From: Nitrospirota bacterium
Lineage (GTDB): Bacteria; Nitrospirota; Thermodesulfovibrionia; Thermodesulfovibrionales; Dissulfurispiraceae
DNA: 64,000 nt
Reading direction: 5' to 3'
NCBI GenBank assembly: GCA_040758355.1
Contig: JBFLWF010000006.1
Coordinates: forward strand, 1 to 64,000
The translations under genes and the position numbers were made by a program. Of this stretch, positions 56,949 to 64,000 are shown piece by piece. The notes below the pieces were generated by a model, which did no database searches, was not told the DNA's origin, and saw only the letters and a list, made by a program, of their open reading frames with translations. Every line of letters begins with the position of its first letter. Positions within the stretch are counted from its first letter, which is position 1.

Positions 56949-57332
56949 ATGCCCAGATTAACGGTTGATGATTTAAAAAAGATCAAGGAAGATTATAAGG
57001 CATCCCTCACATTAAGGGAGGGAGGCTACAGGGCGAAGATAACTGTTCACATGGGTACATGCGGGATTGCTGCTGGTGCGCGAAAGGTGATGGAGGCGCT
57101 CCTCGATGAGATAAATAAAGGCAATGTGAAGGATGTGATTGTGACAACATCCGGATGCGCAGGGCTTTGCAGCAAGGAGCCCATGGCAACAGTTGAGATA
57201 ATAAACGAGGCGCCTGTGAAATATGTCTATCTCAACGAAGATAAGATAAAGAAGATATTCAAAGAGCACGTAATGGAAGGAAATGCGGTTCAAGACTACG
57301 CCCTTGTCGTGGGCAGCGAAACAGCATATTAG
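56949..57332 (+). CDS. Thioredoxin-like [2Fe-2S] ferredoxin (HndB/HydD-like)
   Basis: VHMGTCGIAAGAR, SGCAGLCSKEP; GGAGG RBS. Confidence 0.88.
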   Translation: MPRLTVDDLKKIKEDYKASLTLREGGYRAKITVHMGTCGIAAGARKVMEALLDEINKGNVKDVIVTTSGCAGLCSKEPMATVEIINEAPVKYVYLNEDKIKKIFKEHVMEGNAVQDYALVVGSETAY

Positions 57333-57340
57333 GAGGAGAG

Positions 57341-59227
57341 ATGGAAAGGTATCGTGCGAGTGTTATGTTGTGCGGAGGCACCGGCTGCATAGCCGGAGGC
57401 AGTCTGAAGGTAAAGAATGCCCTTGACGAAGAACTCAAAAACAGGGGGCTTCAGAATGAAATAAATGTTGTCCTTACAGGTTGCAACGGGTTCTGTGCGC
57501 AGGGCCCTGTTATGACTGTTTATCCGGAAGATATATTTTATGAAAAGGTCACTGTAAGAGACATCCCTCTTATTGTTGAAGAGCACTTCATAAAGGGAAG
57601 GCCTGTTGAGAGGCTCATGTATAAGGAGCCTGCTAAGAAGCAGACAATACCTTTAATGAGGGATATACCGTTCTTCAGCCTCCAGGTTCTCAGGGCATTA
57701 AGGAACAAAGGTCTTGTAGACCCCGAAAAGATAGAGGAGTATATTGCACGTGATGGGTATCATGCTGCTGCAAAGGTGTTAACAGAGATGACCTCTGAGC
57801 AGGTAATAGAAGAGATTAAGAAGTCAGGACTCAGGGGCAGGGGAGGCGCTGGATTCCCTACAGGCTTGAAGTGGGAGTTCTGTTCGAAGGTAAAGGGAGA
57901 CCAGAAGTATATCCTTTGCAATGGCGACGAAGGAGACCCGGGTGCATTCATGGACAGGAGCATTATGGAGGCAGATCCCCATGTTGTCCTTGAGGGCATG
58001 ATTATCGGAGCAAGGGCGATAGGTGCGAATAAAGGCTACATATACGTGAGGGCAGAGTATCCCCTCGCGGTGCATAGGCTTCAGCTTGCCATAAAGCAGG
58101 CAAAGGAATACGGCCTCCTTGGAGAAAATATTTTAGGTGCCGGCTTTAACCTCGACATCGAGATATATCAGGGCGCAGGCGCATTTGTGTGCGGCGAGGA
58201 GACAGCACTGATGAGGTCAATAGAAGGAAAGAGGGGAATGCCGAGGCCGAGACCACCGTTCCCTGCACAGAAGGGACTCTGGGACAAGCCCTCTGTGCTC
58301 AACAATGTCGAGACATATGCAAACATCCCCCAGATAATATTGAACGGAGGAGAGTGGTACAGGAGCCTCGGTACAGAGAAGTCAACAGGCACAAAGGTCT
58401 TTGCATTGAGCGGCGCCATAAACAACATAGGTCTTATAGAAGTTCCCATGGGAATTCCTCTTAGAAAGATAATATACGATATCGGCGGCGGGATACCAAA
58501 AGGCAGGAAGTTCAAGGCAGTTCAGCTCGGAGGCCCGTCAGGCGGATGCATTCCGGAGCATCTCCTCGATACTCCTGTAACATACGAAGACATTGTCCAG
58601 ACCGGCGCAATCGTCGGTTCAGGCGGTATGGTTGTCATGAATGACCTCAACTGCATGGTGAGCGTTGCAAAGTTCTTTCTCGAATTTACCGCAGAAGAGT
58701 CATGCGGAAAATGCCCTCCGTGCAGGATCGGCACAACGGTCATGCTCGATATGTTGACGAACATAACAGAGGGCATGGGCAAGGAGGGAGATATAGAGCT
58801 CCTTGGAGACATGTCTCGGGATATAATAGCAACATCCCTCTGCGGATTGGGCCAGACAGCGCCGAACCCTGTCCTGACAACAATAAAATATTTCAGGGAC
58901 GAGTACGAGTCCCACATAAACGAAAAATGGTGCAAGACCGGCGTATGCAAAGAACTCTGCACATTCTACATAGATGAAGAAAAATGCAAGGCATGCGGCG
59001 CATGCAAGAGGGTCTGCCCCCAGAACGCAATCTCAGGCGAAAAGAAGGTCCCGCACCGCATCGATCAGTCCATATGCATACAATGCCGCTCATGCTATGA
59101 GGCATGCAAGTTCGATTCTGTGAAGATAGGACCGAGGAGTTACAGAGAGATCCTGAAAGAGAATATGCCTGCACAGGAAATTCTAAGAGAAATGCATATG
59201 GCTGTGCTTGCCGGAAAAGAAGAATAA
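57341..59227 (+). CDS. NuoF/HydB-like NAD(H)-FMN subunit with N-terminal [2Fe-2S] and C-terminal 2x[4Fe-4S]
   Basis: GLRGRGGAGFPTG, NGDEGDPGAFMDR, GAGAFVCGEETAL, ESCGKCPPCRIG, CKACGACKRVCP, CIQCRSCYEAC. Confidence 0.95.
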   Translation: MERYRASVMLCGGTGCIAGGSLKVKNALDEELKNRGLQNEINVVLTGCNGFCAQGPVMTVYPEDIFYEKVTVRDIPLIVEEHFIKGRPVERLMYKEPAKKQTIPLMRDIPFFSLQVLRALRNKGLVDPEKIEEYIARDGYHAAAKVLTEMTSEQVIEEIKKSGLRGRGGAGFPTGLKWEFCSKVKGDQKYILCNGDEGDPGAFMDRSIMEADPHVVLEGMIIGARAIGANKGYIYVRAEYPLAVHRLQLAIKQAKEYGLLGENILGAGFNLDIEIYQGAGAFVCGEETALMRSIEGKRGMPRPRPPFPAQKGLWDKPSVLNNVETYANIPQIILNGGEWYRSLGTEKSTGTKVFALSGAINNIGLIEVPMGIPLRKIIYDIGGGIPKGRKFKAVQLGGPSGGCIPEHLLDTPVTYEDIVQTGAIVGSGGMVVMNDLNCMVSVAKFFLEFTAEESCGKCPPCRIGTTVMLDMLTNITEGMGKEGDIELLGDMSRDIIATSLCGLGQTAPNPVLTTIKYFRDEYESHINEKWCKTGVCKELCTFYIDEEKCKACGACKRVCPQNAISGEKKVPHRIDQSICIQCRSCYEACKFDSVKIGPRSYREILKENMPAQEILREMHMAVLAGKEE

Positions 59228-59242
59228 AAGGAGGAATAAGAT

Positions 59243-61699
59243 ATGCCAATAGAGCTTACAATAAACGGAAAGAGTATAAAGGTTGAGCCAGGGACGACCA
59301 TTCTTCAGGCAGCACAGAAAAACGGCATTTATATACCCAATATGTGCTATGACAAGAGACTCAAGCCTTACGGCGGATGCAGGCTCTGCATTGTGGAGGT
59401 TGAAGGGCAGCCGAGGCTCTTTGCTGCATGCTCAACCCCTGTTACAGAGGGCATGGCAGTACAAACAGAGACGCCAAAGCTTGCAAAGGCGAGGAAGCTT
59501 GTCCTTGAGCTCCTTCTTGTTCACCATCCACTTGACTGCCCCATATGCGACAAGGCAGGGGAGTGCGACCTTCAGGACCTTGCCTTTAAATACGGTCCTT
59601 CCCAGAGCAGGTTTGTGGCTGAAAGAAAGCATGACCCGGAAAGGATCGATGCACCCATTGTTGAGAGGAATCCGAACAGGTGCATCCTCTGCGGAAAGTG
59701 CGTGAGGGTCTGTGCAGAGCATCAGGGAGTGGGCGCGATAAACATAATAGGCAGGGGGTTTAAGTCAAAGATAAGCCCTGCCTTTGAGGAGACCCTCAAC
59801 TGCGAGTTCTGCGGCCAGTGCATAGACGCATGCCCTGTTGGAGCCCTCGGTGCAAAGCCTTACAGGTTCCGCTCAAGGGTGTGGTATATGGACGAATACG
59901 AGACCATATGCCCTTATTGCGGATGCGGTTGTACGACGAATGTGAGCATGAGGGAAGGAAGGATAATAAGGGCAAGGGGCAAAGAGGACGTAGGAATAAA
60001 CGAAGGGAATCTCTGCAGCAAGGGCAGGTTCGGGTTCGATTACATATATTCGGAAAACAGGCTCACAACCCCAATGATTAAAAAGGACGGGAAACTGTCG
60101 CCTGCATCATGGGAAGAGGCCCTTGAGCATGTGGCAAAGAGGCTTGAGTCCATAAAGGAACAGTACGGGCCATCTGTCATCGGAGCAATCGGCTCCCAGA
60201 GATGCACCATGGAAGACAACTATATGCTCCAGAGATTCATGAGGGATGTTATTGGCACGGATAATATAGATTCTGCAGCACGATTCGGCTATGCAAAGGC
60301 GCAGAGGGCAATGGAAAAGGCATTCGGCACGGACTTCCTGCCCATAAAATGGGATGCCCCCCTTAATACAGATTTCATGCTGGTTGTGGAGTCGGATATA
60401 ACATCCACACTTCCGGTGTGGGGATTGAATTTCATCAAGGCGAGGAATGACGGTGCAACGCTGATCGTCGCAGATACAAAGGAGACAAAGCTTGCGAGGA
60501 ACAGCACACAGTGGTTAAGGATACGGCCTGGTTCAGGCACGGTGCTTTTAAATGGTGTCGCCAAGGTCATAATAGACAAAGGTTTGTATGACAAGGATAA
60601 GGCTTCTTCAATAAAGAATTTTGATGCCCTTGTGAGCAGCCTGAAGGAGTTTACGCCATCGGCAGTCTCCAAGATTACAGGCATACCCGAAAACGAGATA
60701 TTAAGCCTTGCGCAGTCTTATGCCTCTTCCAAGAAGCGGCTTGTGGCATTGACATCAAATGCATCGGAAAATACAAAGAGCATAAACACACTCCTTGCCG
60801 CTTCAAACCTCGTACTCCTCATGGGCGACGGACCGGATGCCATACAGATACCTGCCGAGTTTTCGAATACCCTCGGAATGTGGATGGTAGGAGTCAGACC
60901 CCTTGCTGACGGAAAGGATGTCCACGAGATGCTTTATGAGACAGGCACTATAAAGGCCCTTTACATAATGGGAGAAAACCCCCTCGTAACCTTCCAGGAT
61001 GTGTCAAAGGTTGAAAGGACCCTGAAGGGCCTTGAATTGCTTATAGTGCAGGATATATTCCTTACAGAGACTGCGAAGCTTGCAGATGTTGTCCTTCCTG
61101 CATGCAGTTGGTCAGAAAAGGAAGGGACATTTATGGCAGCCACAGGCAATATCCAGAAAATACCGAAACTGATATCAGAGACAGGACAGTCTATCCCGGA
61201 CTGGAAGGTGTTCAGAAACCTTGCGAGGGTAATGAACAAAGACCTCGGGTTGAAGGGACTCATGGATATAAGGGCATTAATTGCAGACATGGTTATCACG
61301 GGTGAGACAAGGGAGGTTCATCCTTCATTCAACCCTGTTTCTTACGAGGTCATGGAGAGCGTAAGCGATGAGTATCCCATGTTCCTTGTCACTGCAAATA
61401 TCCTCCAGCACTCAGGGGCACTCTCTGTCCTCTCCAAAAACCTTGACTCTGTTGTATCCGATGCATACCTGCAGATAAATACAAAGGATGCGAAGAAACA
61501 CAATATACATGATGATGCCTTTGTAAAGGTCAGATCAAAGAGGGGAGAGGTTTATCTGAAGGCAATGCTTTCCGAAGAGGTGCCTGAAGGTACGGTTTTT
61601 GCGCCCACGCATTTTGCACATGCAAAGGTTAATACCCTGACCTATCCTTCTCTGAACGGAGGCCTGCCGCTTGTGGCAGTAAAGATAGAGGCAGCATAG
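59243..61699 (+). CDS. NuoG/FdhA/SfrA-like Fe-S protein with a molybdopterin-oxidoreductase fold
   Basis: [2Fe-2S] (C..GGCRLC..C), HPLDCPICDKAGEC, two CxxCxxC motifs, CPYCGCGC...LCSKG; DSAARFGY where FDHs carry the Cys/Sec ligand. Confidence 0.9.
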   Translation: MPIELTINGKSIKVEPGTTILQAAQKNGIYIPNMCYDKRLKPYGGCRLCIVEVEGQPRLFAACSTPVTEGMAVQTETPKLAKARKLVLELLLVHHPLDCPICDKAGECDLQDLAFKYGPSQSRFVAERKHDPERIDAPIVERNPNRCILCGKCVRVCAEHQGVGAINIIGRGFKSKISPAFEETLNCEFCGQCIDACPVGALGAKPYRFRSRVWYMDEYETICPYCGCGCTTNVSMREGRIIRARGKEDVGINEGNLCSKGRFGFDYIYSENRLTTPMIKKDGKLSPASWEEALEHVAKRLESIKEQYGPSVIGAIGSQRCTMEDNYMLQRFMRDVIGTDNIDSAARFGYAKAQRAMEKAFGTDFLPIKWDAPLNTDFMLVVESDITSTLPVWGLNFIKARNDGATLIVADTKETKLARNSTQWLRIRPGSGTVLLNGVAKVIIDKGLYDKDKASSIKNFDALVSSLKEFTPSAVSKITGIPENEILSLAQSYASSKKRLVALTSNASENTKSINTLLAASNLVLLMGDGPDAIQIPAEFSNTLGMWMVGVRPLADGKDVHEMLYETGTIKALYIMGENPLVTFQDVSKVERTLKGLELLIVQDIFLTETAKLADVVLPACSWSEKEGTFMAATGNIQKIPKLISETGQSIPDWKVFRNLARVMNKDLGLKGLMDIRALIADMVITGETREVHPSFNPVSYEVMESVSDEYPMFLVTANILQHSGALSVLSKNLDSVVSDAYLQINTKDAKKHNIHDDAFVKVRSKRGEVYLKAMLSEEVPEGTVFAPTHFAHAKVNTLTYPSLNGGLPLVAVKIEAA

Positions 61700-61706
61700 T
61701 TAGAAA

Positions 61707-61786
61707 ATTGGAGTATTGGAGTGTTGGAGTATTGGGAAAAACATCACTCCATCACTCCAGTTCTTTTTACTCCATTACTCCATTCT
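61707..61786. repeat. Inverted octamer repeat block (TGGAGTAT)n ... (TACTCCAT)n, hairpin-forming, after the last oxidoreductase gene
   Basis: ttggagtattggagtgttggagtattggg...cactccatcactccag...tactccattactccatt. Confidence 0.8.
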
Positions 61787-61865
61787 TGAATGCATTCAAA
61801 ACAAAAAAACTTATATTCCTATTAACCAGCAGTAAAAAAATAATTTCTTGATATATAATAATAAA

Positions 61866-63419
61866 ATGTTTCGAAACATTTATCTCGATATTCTCAATAA
61901 TATCTCCGACGGCGTCTATTACATCAACAGCGACAGGAAGATAGAGTACTGGAATAAGGGCGCAGAAATCCTTACAGGATATTCCTCTGAAGAGGTCAAG
62001 GGGAGAATTTGTGATGAGGTACTTTCATTCGAGGACGAATCCGGGGCCAAGCTGCCTGTCTATGAATATCCAGCGATTCTCTGTTTGCAGTCATCCAGAA
62101 CACATGTTAAGAGCCTGTTCCTTGTAGATAAGAATAAAGAAAAGATATATATAGAGGAGCAGGCATCCCCTGTCTTGCGGGGAGGGAAAATAATCGGCGC
62201 TGTCTGTGTCTTAAGGGACAATATGCGGGTATTTCCTGCTGTTGAGGCGCATATAAAGAGCCAGAGAAGGGAAAGGCTGGTTCCCATATGCGCATGGTGC
62301 AAGAAGATAAAGATAAGCGAGAACTCATGGGAGCAGATAGAGAAGCACCTTACAGACGAGGGGTTCGGGGTATTCACACACGGCATGTGCCCTGATTGCG
62401 CAGACAAGATATTCGAAAAGAAGGTCTATCTCGAGAGCTATCAGAATATCTGCAAGGCAATAAGTGCAAGCCTGTCCCTTAATGAGGTGTTGAACCTTAT
62501 CGTGACCAATGCCGTGAAGGTAATGAATGTGAAGGCGAGCATGCTCAGGCTTTTAAACAAGGAGACACAGAAGCTGGAAGTGGCTGCCTATTATGGACTG
62601 AGTGAAAGGTATGTAAATAAAGGCCCTGTTGATTACGACAAGAGCATTGCAGATGCCATGGAGGGCAAGGCTGTATCTATTTATGACATCACCTCTGATT
62701 CGGATGCGCGATACCGCAGAGATGCAGAGCAAGAGGGGATAAGGAGCATACTGTCGATTCCTGTCAAGTTTAAGAAAGAGGTGATCGGGGTTTTAAGGAT
62801 GTATACTGCCGAGCCTGTAAAGTATAAAGATGAAGACTTGAAATTTATGGCAGCAATAGCAGAGCAGGCAGCCATCGCAATAGTGAATGCAAGGACATTC
62901 GAGACCACCGTGTCCCGTGCAAGGGAATATCTCAGGGTGTTTGAAGAGGTGACAAAGGCGGTGAGCTCTACATTAAGGCTGAATGAGGTGCTTAATCTCA
63001 TAGTCAAGAAACTGCCCGAGGTAATGAACCTCAAGGCTGCTACTATAAGATTGCTCGATGCTACCGGCCAGAAGCTGGAATTGGCAGCAGCCTATGGACT
63101 TAGCGAGAAATACCTCGGTAGGGGGCCTGTCGATACAGAGGAAAATGTAAGGGAGGCTCTCCAGACAAGGCCTGTTGCCATATACGATGTAACAACCGAC
63201 CAGAGGATTAATTACCAGAAAGAGGCCATGGAAGAAGGGATAAAGAGCATACTTACCCTTCCAATAATTGCAAAGGACAAGGTAATAGGGGTTTTGAGGC
63301 TCCTTACAGACATGCCGCGCCATTTTACAGAAGAGGATATTGCATTTTCAGCATCTCTGGCAGAGGTGTGCGGCACTGCAATCGAGAATGCAAAGATGTA
63401 TGAGCAACTCTCCCGGTAA
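61866..63419 (+). CDS. PAS + Cys/His metal-binding motif + two GAF domains, no recognisable output domain
   Basis: PAS (WNKGAE.LTGY), ICAWCKKI...FTHGMCPDC, two related GAF repeats (LE.AA.YGLSE.Y..KGPVD...EGI.SIL..P). Confidence 0.88.
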   Translation: MFRNIYLDILNNISDGVYYINSDRKIEYWNKGAEILTGYSSEEVKGRICDEVLSFEDESGAKLPVYEYPAILCLQSSRTHVKSLFLVDKNKEKIYIEEQASPVLRGGKIIGAVCVLRDNMRVFPAVEAHIKSQRRERLVPICAWCKKIKISENSWEQIEKHLTDEGFGVFTHGMCPDCADKIFEKKVYLESYQNICKAISASLSLNEVLNLIVTNAVKVMNVKASMLRLLNKETQKLEVAAYYGLSERYVNKGPVDYDKSIADAMEGKAVSIYDITSDSDARYRRDAEQEGIRSILSIPVKFKKEVIGVLRMYTAEPVKYKDEDLKFMAAIAEQAAIAIVNARTFETTVSRAREYLRVFEEVTKAVSSTLRLNEVLNLIVKKLPEVMNLKAATIRLLDATGQKLELAAAYGLSEKYLGRGPVDTEENVREALQTRPVAIYDVTTDQRINYQKEAMEEGIKSILTLPIIAKDKVIGVLRLLTDMPRHFTEEDIAFSASLAEVCGTAIENAKMYEQLSR

Positions 63420-63425
63420 ATCAGC

Positions 63426-63521
63426 AAATGAGTATATGGGTAAATGTGTATCTGATGTCAGAGCATTTTTAAAAATCTTTTACACCCATTTACTCATAAA
63501 CCCATTCACTCATTTACTAAT
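63426..63521. repeat. Inverted octamer repeat block (ATGRGTAA-like / TTACTCAT-like)
   Basis: aaatgagtatatgggtaaatgtgta...tacacccatttactcataaacccattcactcattt. Confidence 0.7.
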
Positions 63522-63524
63522 ACA

Positions 63525-64000
63525 ATGGAAGCTTTTATAAAGCGAAGGATATATAAGAGCGCCAGCGACTCTCTCGAAGAGAGGGAAGACCTTATAGCTA
63601 TTGAAAAGAGGCTAAAGGTTTCTGTAAACGGCAAAGAGGTCTTGAGCCTCTACTGCACGCCGCTTATGATAAGGGAACTTGTTGTCGGCATGTTCATGAC
63701 CGAGGATATCATCAAAGGCAAATGGTGTGCAGAGAGGATGTCCATAGAGTACGGGGAAGATGTCCTGGTAGACATCCCTGCCGAGGGAGAGGCCTCCACT
63801 GACGGTGCTGTAATCACATCAGGATGCATCGGCGGCATAACATTTCCAAAGAGATTGTCCCTGCAAAAAATAGATGACCGGTTTCAGATAAAGATGTCTG
63901 CATTGAAAGAGTTGTTCAGGAGATTCCAGAATGCCTCCGAGCTTTATAAAATAACAGGATGTGTGCACAGCGCAGGACTCAGCGACGGCAATGAAATCTT
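63525..64000 (+). CDS. fdhD: Formate dehydrogenase accessory sulfurtransferase FdhD (runs off the window)
   Basis: E..L...VNG......CTP...EL..G...TE, ITSGC.GG, LYKITGCVHSAG. Confidence 0.85.
   Translation, partial: MEAFIKRRIYKSASDSLEEREDLIAIEKRLKVSVNGKEVLSLYCTPLMIRELVVGMFMTEDIIKGKWCAERMSIEYGEDVLVDIPAEGEASTDGAVITSGCIGGITFPKRLSLQKIDDRFQIKMSALKELFRRFQNASELYKITGCVHSAGLSDGNEI

Noticed and set aside
59243..61699. Selenocysteine formate dehydrogenase or [FeFe]-hydrogenase
   Set aside because: No in-frame TGA, the ligand position is Gly, and no H-cluster motifs are present.

Overview
A 64-kb bacterial chromosomal window, moderately AT-rich. Gene content and repeat style suggest an anaerobic diderm such as Nitrospirota (Thermodesulfovibrionia-like); this is inference. 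Contents in order: (1) 1-650: a degenerate DUF4160/DUF2442 pair with an attC-like remnant. (2) Housekeeping genes purB, truB, lptD, folC, accD, trpA, trpB, trpF and queF, several carrying in-frame 7/8-nt tandem-repeat insertions. (3) 13.8-34.7 kb: an LPS/surface-glycan cluster (GT9, GT4, GT2, WaaL-like ligase, AsnB-type amidotransferase, carbamoyltransferase, methyltransferases, nucleotide-sugar dehydrogenase). (4) moaA, cpoB, pal. (5) 37.3-43.1 kb: a signalling cluster (HAMP kinase, DRTGG/RsbT-like/PHP/HATPase genes, response regulator, sigma54 activator) with three copies of a covarying hairpin motif. (6) 43.3-53.3 kb: a defence island. Its core is an ART-like ORF plus a DpnII-type MTase/REase and an OLD nuclease plus a stand-alone WYL-like protein. 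On both sides lie arrays of toxin-antitoxin pairs separated by repeated, diverged fragments of R-M genes (a DNA-methylase-linked 3' segment on the left, a DpnI winged-helix segment on the right). (7) 55.2-64 kb: a sigma54-driven operon (REC-GcvH-like, REC-NuoE fusion, HndB-like, NuoF/HydB, a molybdopterin-fold NuoG/SfrA-like subunit lacking the Mo-ligand Cys), then a PAS-GAF-GAF protein and the start of fdhD. The most novel-looking signals are the R-M-fragment-punctuated TA cassette arrays and the tandem-GA hairpin family. No tRNA, rRNA, CRISPR array or integrase was seen. All assignments come from visual motif recognition without database searches.
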